Origin: Sphaerodactylus townsendi
Taxonomy: Eukaryota
Length of the DNA: 64,000 bases
Assembly: GCF_021028975.2 (NCBI RefSeq)
Contig: NC_059426.1
Span: 143,158,001-143,222,000, forward strand
Reading direction: 5' to 3'
Shown here: piece after piece, positions 48,673 through 61,234 of the stretch
How the letters are laid out: the number at the start of each line of letters is the position of its first letter
Numbering within the stretch: the stretch's first letter is position 1
Position numbers and translations under genes: made by a program
The notes under the pieces: model-generated
Seen by the model: only the letters and a program-made list of their open reading frames with translations
Databases searched by the model: none
Told to the model about the DNA's origin: nothing

Positions 48673-51600
48673 TATAGAGTTCACCCTCCAAAGCAGTCAT
48701 TTTCTTTGGGGTAACAGATCTCTGAAATTTGGGCTCCACTTGGAGATTGGCAACCCTAATTTAATGTAATGTCTATGAGTATGTGTAGATTGCCCCAGGA
48801 GTGAAAGAAACCCTCCAGAATCACTGCTGCCTCCGCAGATGCTTTCACGCGTAGGGGTGGGGGAATCAGTTCTTGCCCCGGGCTCCATTTTGTGTAGATA
48901 TGCCACTGCCCTTAGAACTCTGCTTGCCATTGGCTGCTCTATTCTGATTTCACAGTGGATCTTAGCAGACTGAGGTGTCACAGTACTGCTGACTGCCTTT
49001 GGCTTTGGTGCTGTTTGGACGTCAAAACAGAATAGCCAGTAGATTTGAAAACTTTTTAAACTAAAAGTCAAAAGCAGCTTTTAAAAACTTGAAATGTCTA
49101 CTTATTCTCTGTATGCCATTGTGAGGATATGGATAAAATCTGACTGATACAAATAAGGGTAACGTTTCTAGAGTTTTTTGATGAACTATCTACCACAGAA
49201 AAATGGACAACATCTGCTTTTTAATGAGGTTTATCTAGAGCCACTTGTGAAGGAGGAAAATGTTAGAATGCAGAGAGAACACAGCAAGACATGGTAAAGG
49301 GAAAGGACTTCAAATATGGATGAGCAATTTAGAGATTCTTCGGTGGGTTCTCTAAATTTTCAGAGTGGGTTATCTAGAAGCTCAAAAGCTCCCATGGGCA
49401 TTTGGGGTGGGGCTGAAATAGGAAGAATGGATTACAAAAAATTATTTGTAATAGCTGCAAAGTGGAATAATATACTCGGCTGAGAAATATCCAAAGGGCA
49501 GAATGGATATATTATCAAGTAATATTAAACTATTTCATGTCATGCTGCTTTTGTGTTGTTTTGCCGTTTCTTTCCTGCAATCAACTGCAGTAATTCAAAC
49601 TTTAGTTCTATGTAGCATTTTATGCAGTGCTGTATTCCACATAAAAATCCAGCAATTCCCATCCTTTTACTACATGCTTATTTAGAAGTAAATCCTGTTC
49701 AGCTTCTTCCTGACATTTTTATTTTGTTAACTTGTTTTACATCCTTGATAATGACTTCCTTTTCCTTTGGCATTCATGGATCAGCTGAATTATGTTGTAG
49801 TTCGGAGGGAAATACTGCTTTTCACTTTGCAGCCAAAACTGCATTATGGTAATAGGGTGATGATAAAATAATGTACAGTAGCTTTGACTACAAATTGAAA
49901 AGCAGTACTTCATTGTTTCCTCCCTCCAACAGATAATTATTGATTCATTCATGTTGTGACTGACTGTCAAAGGAAATGAAGTGGTTGACAAGATGGATAA
50001 GGGAAGGGAAAGAAGAAGAATTAGAAGGATAATAGCCCTGAGAAAACTTCTGATTTTCAAATCATAACAGTATGTAATTAAATAACATCCCTAGTTAAAA
50101 ACTGGGTGAACAAATTATAGCAATTTTAGGTTGAATAGATGCCATGGGAATAACCTACCTGTGCAGTGTGATGCGTCGCTTATAGAATCATGCAAAATGG
50201 ATTTTTTTTTTGTACAGGTAAACTATTCAGTCTTCATATTCACAAAGAAATCTCTGTTGCTCTGGCCCCACTGCATTTCACATTGCACATTCTTCTCTGG
50301 ACACCTCTGAACACAAAAGACAATTTGGAGAGAACCCAGAAAAGGGCAATGAAGATACTAAAGGGATTATAGGATATGACCTTTAGTAGAAAAAAAGATT
50401 AAAAGAACACTGTGTCTAGAACCTTTAAGCTTGTTACGTGAGCCCAGAAATAGTAACAGAGTTTGCCTTGCCAGTTCACAGGAGAATTAGATCACATACA
50501 TTCCCTTTCACATTCCTAAAAAAGTAACCAGAGCCAAGCAAAATGCTTTGTCTTTGTGCATGGACAAAGACGAACACGTTGCCCTTATTTGAAATAGAAC
50601 CAATTTTGCTGTATTGTATTTCATGTAACAGGAAAGAGAATACAAGTGGACTAGTCCTTTTTTACCTTTGCCGTAGGGTTGAATGGATTTAGCCAAACAA
50701 ATTTGTTCTGCTACTCTTAATGGCACTCTTATTGAAATGGTGGAAAATTAATAGATGAAATTTTCCTGGAAGAAGAGTCCTTCTAGTCCACCATCTTGCT
50801 TTCAAAAGTAGCTATCTAGATGCCTCTAGGAATCCTTTCATGTGGGGCATGAAAGCAACAGGCCTTTCAGTTTTCTTCCCAGCAGTCAGTATTCATTGGT
50901 ACTTATGGGGAACAGCCACTGATAATCCTGTCCTCTGCTTAAAAACCTGCTAAGCTACTGGGCCTTCCAAGTAAGAGACAAGCAGAGGTTGTTTGCCATT
51001 GCCTTTCTTTATGTAGCAACTCCAGTTTTGCTTGGAGTCTCCCATCCAAATACTGGCTGTGGCTTAGGTCTGATGAGTTTGGGCAAAGCTGGGCAAGTTG
51101 GACTGCTGCAGCCAACAGAGCTCTTGGGAATTTTGCTCTTGGGAGTCAAGGTACTCTCTCAAGAAGGATGTGGGCATCTGGAGAGGAATTGAGGAAATCT
51201 CCTCTCTCTCAATCTCTCTGGCAACAGAAGAGCTGTTATACTGCTGGAATATCACTCTAGGATCCAAATCTGTTTTCCCCCTAATGTTGTATGAGAGGAT
51301 ACAAACATTGTCTGTCCGATCACTCTTACAAATCTCTGTAATGTCCCTTTCTTGCTTATTGTCAAACTAAAAATCATGAAATATATAAATCATTCCTCAT
51401 AGAGCGGGCCATAAAAGAAAAACCATAAAATGTCAGCTCAAAGGCTCTGTCAGCCCTAGTATTTGCTCCCCTTTTTCATAACATTTCTGTAATACAATTG
51501 CAGGGCATTTCCCACCCCCACCCCCCCCCTTGTGCAACAACTATTTATTAATCCAGTTATTAAAAATAATCATGAGATCCTTGAATATTAGTAAAGTCAA

Positions 51601-51829
51601 CTGTCTAAAATTCCATTCTGACTCTCACCTCATTCACCAACTGCTTTGCAAAGCAGAGCGCATTCCATGGGTGGCTCAGACAATAATTTTGGGAAGATAA
51701 AACAAAGTATTTTTGAGTATTCCCAGATTCATGTTCACAAATATAATATGGGAATGAGCAAAAACAACCAAAGGTGATTCACAGCTCCCAACACTGCAGA
51801 AGAGACCACCTGCCCCTAGGGCAGTTACA

Positions 51830-52077
51830 TCAGGGTCCCCTCATATTGAGGGGTCCTGCCATCCCCCCTCATGGGGGTAGGTTTTAAATTGGGGTCGGAC
51901 GCCTTTTATTATGTATTATGGTTTTTTGCTGTTTTATGAGTTTTAAGCTATTTTATGGACTAATATTAATGTTTGTTACCGCTGTTTTAAAGATTTTAGT
52001 GACTTGTTTTACCATGTTTTATGCTGTACACCGCCCAGAGCCCCTGAAGGGGATGAAGTGACATAAAGAGAGTCTAA

Positions 52078-52144
<67 letters not shown>

Positions 52145-52146
52145 AT
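51830..52146 (+). mobile_element. L2 LINE 3' UTR fragment with long (TAAA)n tail
   Basis: Aligns by eye to 30005-30277 (tcagggtccc...ggacgcc...gctgttttatgagttttaagctattttatgg). Confidence 0.85.
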
Positions 52147-53190
52147 ATTCAGGATTTTCTACTGATTGTGGCCAGTTCACAAAAATCTTAATTTTTTTGT
52201 GGATGATTGCCCCAGCCTATTACTATGCTGTATGAATACAGCTCAGCCCCACCAGATCTCAGGCAGGTCCGAGAGCTGTGATGCAACTGGATGAACACTG
52301 GAAATCTGATCAGGTTTTTTAACATCATGAATTTTATTTAAAGTCATCCACTGATAGGGGAAAGTATTCAATCAGAGCCATTGCTATAAAGGAGGAGGGT
52401 TAACCCTTTCCTTTACATATTCTCCTTGTTAGGACAAATAGTTTTGCAGAGGGGGTATAAACAAAGAGTGTGTGTGAGAAGTCCCAGCACCATGATCTCA
52501 GCTGAAGAAGGACTCATGCCCCTGCTTTTAAATATATTTAAATATGTCAGGAGGATCCAGCCAAGAGGATGTGCAACTTCCTGGGTAATTGCTTGGAAGG
52601 TTGGAGGTTTTGTTGCAACTATTTGGCTGTGTGCATATGTCATCCTGGACTAACTAGTGGTTTTAGAGTGTAATCCTATAATAAGCCTATTGAATGTAGT
52701 GGTTTAGACTGGAGAAACTGTTTTGGACTGCATTTTGCATATTATCTAATCTTTGAGCATGCTACTGTCAGGTTATACTACTTGAACAGGAAAGAAACAT
52801 AAAGGGTTCAGAGAGCCATATAAACAATTATTAACTCACTCCCTGGAAAATGTCTGAATGAAGAAACATAGAGAAGGGTCACTTAAAAAAATCCAAATGT
52901 AACTGAGATGCCTTTTATTTATGGTGCCGCATAAGAATGAGGAAACTTCTTTTGCTGGGAACGTTAATAGGGGATCCATTACCACATCTGAAACTATCAG
53001 TCTTTTACCGTGTCACTCAATATGGTTAACAACACAGGAGCTCTCTGGGTTAGATTGGAGATATGTGCTAGCAGTGAATGTAAGCATGAATGAATATTAA
53101 ATATGTTGGCCCTCAATGCATGAATCCAAAAGTCCTGTCCCAGTTGTTGTGTTGGTCTGTCAGCTGATGCTCCCATGCTTTCTTCCGCAG

Positions 53191-53600
53191 GCTGCTAGGC
53201 AGAATGTCCACGGATGAGCGGCACCTCACCTCCAGCTGTGGATCCTTCATCAAGACCGAGCCATCCAGCCCTTCCTCCGGTATTGACGCCATCAGCCACC
53301 ACAGTCCCAGTGGCTCATCGGATGCTAGTGGTGGTTATGGCATGACTATAGGGGGCCACCCTAATGGCCTGGACTCACCGCCCATGTTCAACAGTGCAGG
53401 GATTGGTGGCGGGCCCTGCCGCAAACGGTATGATGACTGCGCCAGTGCCATCATGGAAGACTCGCCCACCAAGTGCGAGTATATGCTCAACGCCATTCCG
53501 AAGAGGCTGTGTCTAGTGTGTGGGGACATTGCGTCTGGATATCACTATGGAGTGGCTTCCTGTGAAGCATGCAAAGCCTTCTTCAAGCGGACAATTCAAG
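53191..53600 (+). CDS. ESRRB: ESRRB (estrogen-related receptor beta, NR3B2) coding exon: N-terminal A/B domain plus first C4 zinc finger of the DNA-binding domain
   Basis: Translation from ATG 53204 gives [44 protein letters not shown]...[43 protein letters not shown](G), matching recalled ESRRB (human [33 protein letters not shown]...). ERR-type P-box CEACKA. Acceptor ctttcttccgcAG at 53189-53190; donor CAAG|GTatgg at 53601 (phase 1). The 13 nt before the ATG are open in frame (x-LLGR). Confidence 0.97.
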
Positions 53601-53744
53601 GTATGGGGCCTGGGAGAGCAATGCAACTGAGGTGCCCAGCGTGGATTCCTGGGTTTTCAGGCAGAGTTTTTTTGCTTCTATTTAAGCAGAAATGACATTC
53701 TAGCAAAATTAGAAGTCCAAAATGCCGCTATTGATTGCAGAGGG

Positions 53745-53860
53745 AAAGATGTATTAGTATTTTGCAGCAAAAAAATGAACAGGAGTCTGGTGGCACACAA
53801 AAGACTAATGTTCTGTTCCCACATAAGATGCTGTGGGCTACATTCTGCTTCTTCAGATGT
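53745..53860 (-). mobile_element. Degenerate Neptune-type pLTR
   Basis: gtattagt...gcagcaaaaaaatgaacaggagtctggtggcacacaaaagactaa...cttcttcagatg. Confidence 0.55.
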
Positions 53861-53916
53861 AGAAAAGAAGGGATAAAGGGTATAAAAAGAGAGGGAGAAT
53901 TTGAAACTGTTGGAGT

Positions 53917-53960
53917 GGGTCAGTCAGGAATGAATTTTGGGTCAGTCAGGAATGAATTTT
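53917..53960. repeat. 22-bp perfect tandem duplication
   Basis: gggtcagtcaggaatgaatttt twice. Confidence 0.95.
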
Positions 53961-54760
53961 GTGTGCCCGCCACTGAAGCTCAAATGCTGCCAAATACAAA
54001 ATCTACACACATAAACCATCTGAGAACTTGTAAGGCCTTTGTTGACATTTTCAGACCTGGATTCAAAAGCTGTGCTTCAGATTCAGTTAGTTTTACATCT
54101 GGGATCACTCATGGAACTGGGAATTGAGAAATTCTTTAGAATTCTTTAGAAAGCCAAAGAAAAGTTCTGCTTTTCAGGGAAGATCTTTCTGAGATGATAT
54201 AAAGGAAGTGCCAGGCACTCAACTTTGCAGTTCCTCTGACAGAATAGGGATTCATTTGTGGAAAAGGGACTGGTGAATTCCACTGATTCTCTTTTTCTAC
54301 TGAAGACCTCCACTTTGTCTTCATGCTATTCCTGATGATCCATTGGCCCCTGGAATATAAGGGGTGGGTAGATCCTGAGGGATATAGCAGGAAGGAGAAG
54401 CAGAAAAGTTCTGCTCTGCAAAGTCCATGGATGGTTGAATACATCCCACTGAGTTTTACAAATCATTTTTCATTGGACTATGAGACTTGTCCCTGCTAAG
54501 CTGATAATATTATAATTGTCACAAGGGCTGGCTAGGCTAAAGGAGTTCATATATGCAGTTCGTAGAATATTAAGTGGACATGATATTTCACACTCAGTGG
54601 CAGGGTGCAAGTCATTGCAGGCATACTTCAGTCCAAAAGGTGATCCAAAGATCTCTTTCAGTCTCTTCGTATGATCTTCTTAATAGTGTAGGGTAGTTAT
54701 TTTTTTCTAAAACTCCACACTGTATCTAACCAAACCTTAGAAGAGATACTCTTCTACTTA

Positions 54761-55345
54761 GATGCGGCAGCCAAGAAAGCCAATGCGATTCTGGGCTGTA
54801 TCGATAGGAGTATAGTATCTAGATCGAGAGATGTAATTGTACCTCTCTATTCTGCATTGGTTAGACCTCTCCTGCAATATTGTGTGCAGTTCTGGGCACC
54901 GCAATTCAGGAAACATATTGACAAACTGGAACAGGTCCAGAGGAAGGCAGCCAAAATGGTAAAAGGACTGGAATCCATGCCCTACGAGGAGAGACTTGAG
55001 GAGCTGGGGATTTTAAGTTTGGTGAAGAGAAGGTTAAGAGGTGACATGATAGCCCTGTTTAGATATTTGAAGGGATGTTATGTTGGTGAGGGAGCAAGCT
55101 TGTTTTCTGCTGCTCCAGAGTCTAGGACTAGGAGCAATTGGTTCAAGGTGAAGGAAAAGAGATTCCACCTAACCATCAGGAAAAACTTCCTGACAGCAAG
55201 GGCTGTTCAACAGTGGAATATACTACCTAGGAGTGTGGTGGAGTCTCTCTTGGAGGTTTTTAAACAGAGATTGGATAGCCATCTGTCATGAGTGCTTTGA
55301 TTATATATTCCTACATTGTAGGGGGTTGGACTTGATGGCCATTGC
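54761..55345 (+). mobile_element. CR1 LINE, 5'-truncated (ORF2 C-terminus plus 3' UTR)
   Basis: [65 protein letters not shown]..; 3' UTR gggggttggacttgatggcc. Confidence 0.95.
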
Positions 55346-55846
55346 TTCCTTCTGTGCCCTGATAGTTACTGATATAAACTGGAATTGGTTTTGTGCCCAG
55401 TGTGGTCTAATTTAATCAGACTCTACCTAGGCTCCTATATTCCGGTTGCAGGCTTATTTTTGGGCAGGAATCTCTTTCTTCCAAAGTTCAGTAAGTCTAT
55501 AATTTCTGCTGTTTACTTGCAGCATTCAGAAAGATGTTGCCAGACACCCATGCATAGGTTAAGAGCCAACAAAAGCACACATAAATATGGTTCAGAAGGT
55601 AAAGGTAGGGCTTAGAGCGAAGATCTGTAAGCTTAAATACTCTAGACCTACTTGGAAGGCTTGGAGCAGATCATTATCTGTTATGCTCAGTTTCCCTTCT
55701 GTAACATGGGAAGAACACTGACCCAACTCTTAGAGTGGCTTTCAAAATGAATGAAGCACGGATTGTATACTAAGCATTCTACCCACTAAAAGTGTCAGGA
55801 TATTTGAAACCGCCATGTAAGTGCTGCAAAAACAACTGTCCCATTG

Positions 55847-55916
55847 TTACTACAATATAACAAATGATAGCTCGACAGTATTTACTACAATATAACATAT
55901 GATAGCTCAACAATAT
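55847..55916. repeat. 35-bp imperfect tandem duplication
   Basis: ttactacaatataacaWatgatagctcRacaRtat twice. Confidence 0.9.
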
Positions 55917-57674
55917 GTGCTTAAAACATTTCTCATTCTTTTTTTCTCACAAAATGGGGACTCAAAGTGGCAATCTAAACAAGTTTCCTAATCAGTACGT
56001 TTCCAGGGAAAACCTATACAAAGGTTTATCTGCCTAAATATTATTGGCATGCAGACCTCAAACACATACTAGGCATTTTCTGGATGTACAATTGCGCAAA
56101 TTGAAATGACCAATAATATTACTCAGAATATTGAATTGACTCCAAAAGGCCCCTTGACTCCTATGAAGTGAATGAAGTAGGCTTGTGGGAGGAGGCATGT
56201 TGTATTTTAACTCACACTTGTTCACTTAGTCTTGATTATTCCTTGCTGTTCAGGATGGTTTCAAAAAAGCATTGCAGGAGATAGTCCTGCATGGCCTTTG
56301 TAGAGCATGAACATGCTCTTTAATTCTGTCGATTTTTATCACATTTCTTTGAGATGCAAATCAGTATCCTCCATACCTCTCCTATAATATATATATATAT
56401 ATGCATTTGCCAGTGTACAGTTTTACTAATTGTGGAGCGAGTGCCCCAGTGCTTCAAAGTGTTCTTTATTCACTGATGTTGCCAAATGCACAATAGGAGA
56501 GTGGCATTAAATCAATGGAATACAAAGAAGGTGTACTCAATAAAGAGAGACAGAGCACCTTGCATAGAACCTTGTCCTAATGACACATATTGCTAATTCT
56601 ACATAAGATTTTTTTTATTCTATGAAGTGAATTTTCCTAATATGGAGAACTGATGAGATACATAGCATTGATTACTTACTTCACAATACATTCACTTCTA
56701 GCAACATGATAATTCTGATTAGCAAGAGATTCTTCCTTTACCCACTTTCTTCCTTCTATACAGCTCTTAAAGCTACAACACCCTTTTGCCATCCATAATC
56801 TGATGGCACTGATCCCTGAACCCACTAATAGATGTTCAGTAGCCATTCCTCTCTTCCAGTCCTACAAAACCTATTATCTTGGGGCTTAGTTGGTTAGAAG
56901 AATAACAAAGCAATCTTAGAAAGTGTCTAAGATTGCACTCTAAATATTACTACAAGCAGGCTACTTGGATTCAGTCAGTGTCTTTAAATTAGTTTTATAG
57001 AAACTAGTTTTATTTCTGCCTGTCTGCATGATGATGCCATTCTACACCTGTTAGCCTTTTTCATATTCTAAGAAGTTTCCCCTTTTGGAGATGCCACACC
57101 CCCTAGGAGGAGAGCTTGTATGCTGCTGCTTCTCTGTGGCAGCGATAGTGCTTGCAACGGATCACTGCAATTCTTAAGATCTGCACCTGTTCACAGGAAT
57201 AGCAAAATGTGCACCCACCATATAATTTAAATTAAATCGCCACATTTGTAGGGACCATCATTCAAGTTAAAACAGCTGTTATCCACATTACATGGTGCAT
57301 TAACTATATTTACAAGTTCAAAAATCCTACCTTGGAGACGCAAAGTCGATGTTCTTAAGCAGTGTCTGCACCAGCGGTTTTGCATGCAATATGCTGGGTG
57401 AGGAGAGGCATAATCCACACCTTGTCCCGTAGACTGTCTCTGAGCTGCCCTTACTGGTTTTCTCTTGCAAAATCATGCAATTAATCGAAGAGATGATTCT
57501 GAGCAATGAGGGCAGCCCCGTGCTTCTTTCTGGCCATTTTGCTTCTTCAGTAGTGAAGCCTCCTCTTCTTTTAAATGCTTATTTCATTTGGAACACAACA
57601 CCCATACACTTGTGAGCCTAGACATATTATTAAGTTCGTCTGCTAGTAAAAACCAACACTCAAAACACCTCCCA

Positions 57675-57806
57675 AGGGTGTTGTGGGTTTTCTATGCTGT
57701 ATGGCCATGGTCTGGTAGTTTCTGCTCCTAATCTAGATGTGGGCGAGCCTTAGGAGCAAAAACTACGAGCCAGTTGATTCTGGCCATGAAAGCCTTTGAC
57801 AGTACA
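57675..57806. mobile_element. Degenerate, internally deleted relative of the palindromic Penelope-like element at 12780
   Basis: gtgggttttctatgctgtatggccatggtctggtag...ctcctaa / taggagcaaaaactac...ccagttgattctggccatgaaagcctttgacagtaca. Confidence 0.7.
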
Positions 57807-58841
57807 ACCCAAATAATGTATAACCACAACTCAAAACCATAGGTATTGCTAGAATTCAACACTTTCCTGGACAACAGCAGCACAGCACCAATAATTACAC
57901 CCATAGACTTGTTTTCTGAAGTTGTGTATAGGATTATAAAAGGAATACATCCACAGCTCCTGGTTACATGCTATAAATTGCTGTCAAGAAGGGCGGGGGT
58001 GGGCAGAAGACTAAGGAGACATTTTTATCTCCTCTAATTTTTCCATGGGCCTCATATTGCTGGCGAATTGCAAGAGCTGATGTTAATATCTCCCTCATAT
58101 ATTATCTTTTGTGATTATAGCCTTGGATGATTTTCTAGATTATGCCTCATTCTCAAACCGTGAGGTTCCTGGTTCAAATCCTAGATTTCCCAGCAGATTT
58201 GTTGAAGCAATAATTTTGCTCAATTTTGCATAATCCTGCAGGATTACCTAACACGCGTACCATGTCAAAATTCATTTTCATGCAACTGCCGTTGCTCATT
58301 GGCAGGTGCAACTTCCTCCTTTGGCCGTTGAAGATGCCCTGGAGCTCTTTCAACCCTTCTCTGCCAGATAGCCTCTAGTCCATGTTGACTCAAGTGGCGG
58401 CATGATTGTCAGCCAGCGGAAGGCTGCTGGAATCTCGATGAGTTAATCTCATCACTTTATCACAGAGTACTTACAGAAATTGCAAGGCCGTGTGAGTGGT
58501 TCAGCTTTTCTGGCAGCCAGCCTCAGGACTCATAAAAGAAATTGAGAGATTGGGGAAAGGAAAACAAAACACAAGCAGAGGAAGTTTTGAAGACAATTGT
58601 CTATCTTGCAGTGCTGTTTGCTTGACTAAGGTAAACCAGGTCATTCTTTTCTGTATACTTCCTCTGTGAATTAAAATGTGATCCGGAGGAAGGAGGGGGT
58701 TGAAACAGCTGAGGAGGCGGCAAGACCCTGGTGCTGATGGAAATGCCACTTATGCCTCCATAAGGGGCATTTATGTCAACACAGAGGCACTTGCACCAGT
58801 GCTGGGGAGCAGCACAGTGCGCAAGCACGAACACCACCAGA

Positions 58842-59106
58842 GACAGTGGCGTAGGAGGTTAAGAGCTCATGTATCTAATCTAGAGGAACCGGGTTTGATT
58901 CCCAGCTCTGCCGCCTGAGCTGTGGAGGCTTATCTGGGGAATTCAGATTAGCCTGTACACTCCCACACACGCCAGCTGGTGACCTGGGCTAGTCACAGCT
59001 TCTTGGAGCTCTCTCAGCCCCACCTACCTCACAGGGTGTTTGTTGTGAGGGGGGAAGGGCAAGGAGATTGTAAGCCCCTTTGAGTCTCCTGCAGGAGAGA
59101 AAGGGG
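58842..59106 (+). mobile_element. Squam3-like SINE (runs into a gap)
   Basis: Near-identical to 63379-63684. Confidence 0.92.
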
Positions 59107-59474
59107 NNNNNNNNNNNNNNNNNNNNNNNNNNNNNNNNNNNNNNNNNNNNNNNNNNNNNNNNNNNNNNNNNNNNNNNNNNNNNNNNNNNNNNNNNNNNNN
59201 NNNNNNNNNNNNNNNNNNNNNNNNNNNNNNNNNNNNNNNNNNNNNNNNNNNNNNNNNNNNNNNNNNNNNNNNNNNNNNNNNNNNNNNNNNNNNNNNNNNN
59301 NNNNNNNNNNNNNNNNNNNNNNNNNNNNNNNNNNNNNNNNNNNNNNNNNNNNNNNNNNNNNNNNNNNNNNNNNNNNNNNNNNNNNNNNNNNNNNNNNNNN
59401 NNNNNNNNNNNNNNNNNNNNNNNNNNNNNNNNNNNNNNNNNNNNNNNNNNNNNNNNNNNNNNNNNNNNNNNNNN
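59107..59474. other. Assembly gap (N run)
   Basis: N run at a SINE tail. Confidence 1.
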
Positions 59475-60755
59475 CCCAAACCAGTGCCGGATAGGGTGGT
59501 CCCAGGGGCAGAGCCAGCTTTAGTTGGCTTCCTGAGCCCCTTTGGCTTGGGAATGCCTCCATTTGCCCCTGCAAACTTATGCCAGCAAAAAGGTAAGCAT
59601 GGCCCCTTGTGCTGCACAGGAGGATTTCACAGAGATCGAGGAAGCAGCGCTTTTGGCTTGCTGGCCACAACAGGAGGCAGTGCGGCTGCTCTGTCCCCAG
59701 GCACATCACAAGTACCCTTTCCGCCCCTGGATTGCACTGCCAAGCGTTCTTGGAGCCAAAGGTTGTTTGCATCTGTTCTGGCATTTTTATCCTTGCTGTC
59801 ATGCAGCAACACAAGACGCTATGAGACCTGGTGGTGTTAGGGATTGTTCTTAGTTCCTGCCTTTAAATCAGAAGTATTATGAATGTACTATAATGATATT
59901 TGTTTTACTCAGGTAATGATTACCCTTAAGTAATAGTCTGTTGAGTGAACTTCAGGCAAAGTTTAGTGATGCTCAAATCAGATTGTAAGAGTGCTGTTTG
60001 TCAATTTATACCTGATTTTTGAAAATTATATTGTGTGTAATCATGGCTTGGAGCCACTGAAACATTTTTGAGGAAGAGAGGATCTCTGTATGCAGAGCAT
60101 GATTTTTTTTCACTTCCTTCCTCCTGTTGCAGTCCCAGGAGGTATTTTGCAGGAGGTATTTTGGGCTGCAGAGGGAATAGGAAAGTAAGGAAATTTTGGT
60201 CCCAGACAAAAATCCTTCTGAATCTGCAGAAACACTCTGGCCCATAGATTTTCCTCATAGGATTAGAGTCCTTGCTTTCAAAACTGAGAAATCTGAGATT
60301 AAAAGGTCAAGAAGCATCATAAACACTGTAATTTTAAAAGCCCCCCCCCCTTTCAGTGTCCTTGTGAATGGGCCACTGCGGAAGGGCAGGTATCCGTGTT
60401 CTCTGGCTGGCTGGCTGGCTGGCTGTACATGCCCTGCAATTGCAGTTCATTTATTAACTAGAGATCAAGCTTGAATTTCAATTTCCAGCTTTTAGAGATA
60501 TTTGATACTTCCCTGGCTATTGAAATTCAGGTGTTGTGCAGTGCCAGAACGTAGACTGGATGGAAGCAGCTGGTACGGCTCTCTGAGCTTCTGCATACTG
60601 TCTGTGTCTTGAATCAGAGCACATGATGGCAAGGCTGTGATCACGCTGAAGGGCAGTGAAGGAAGGCAACTGTTACATTGGTGATGGTGGTCAGGATTAG
60701 GCCAAGCAGTAAGAATCAACAGAGGAGAACACCTTGTAGAGCAAGCAGATGCAGC

Positions 60756-60856
60756 CAGTGCTGGGACTCAAATAATTTAACAACCGGTTGTTTACAAGCA
60801 CCATTTTAACAACCGGTTCTGCCGAAGTGGTGCGAACCTGCTGAATCCCACCACTG
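60756..60856. mobile_element. 101-bp hAT MITE (CAGTGGTGGGATTCA termini)
   Basis: cagtgctgggactca / tgaatcccaccactg; internal repeat tttaacaaccggtt twice; TSD gatgcagc / ggtgcagc. Confidence 0.85.
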
Positions 60857-61017
60857 GGTGCAGCCCATTCCAGCAGCCAATGAGATACAGTGACTGGGAA
60901 ATGCAGTACATAAAGCCATCACATATCTCCAGTAAGATCACATTCTTTGGGGAGAAAATGGCACAGAGGGGCAGCAGGCTGAATCCCCTTGTATGCTGTG
61001 TTCCTAATTTGAATTGG

Positions 61018-61234
61018 TAGGGTTGTCAACCTACAGGTACTAGCTGAGATCTCCTGGGATTACAGCCAATCTCTAGGAATGGAGATCAGTTCACCTGGAG
61101 AAAATGGCTGCTTTGGAAAATGGACGACATCGCATTATACCCCATTGAAGTTCCTCCCCTCCTGAAACTGTGCCCTCCTCAGGCTCCATCCTCCAAACCT
61201 CCAGGTGTTTCCCAGCCCTGAGCTGGCCACCCTA
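61018..61234. mobile_element. hAT MITE, TAGGGTTGCCA family
   Basis: tagggttgtcaa...ctggccacccta; TSD tgaattgg / tgaactgg. Confidence 0.85.

Noticed and set aside
53601-53695. C-terminal part of the 163-aa ORF (MGPGRAMQ...KQK)
   Set aside because: Read-through past the conserved GT donor at 53601; intronic, with no nuclear-receptor similarity.
59024-59814. Long ORFs spanning N runs (also at 16068-16601 and 24707-25009)
   Set aside because: Artefacts of translating through assembly gaps.
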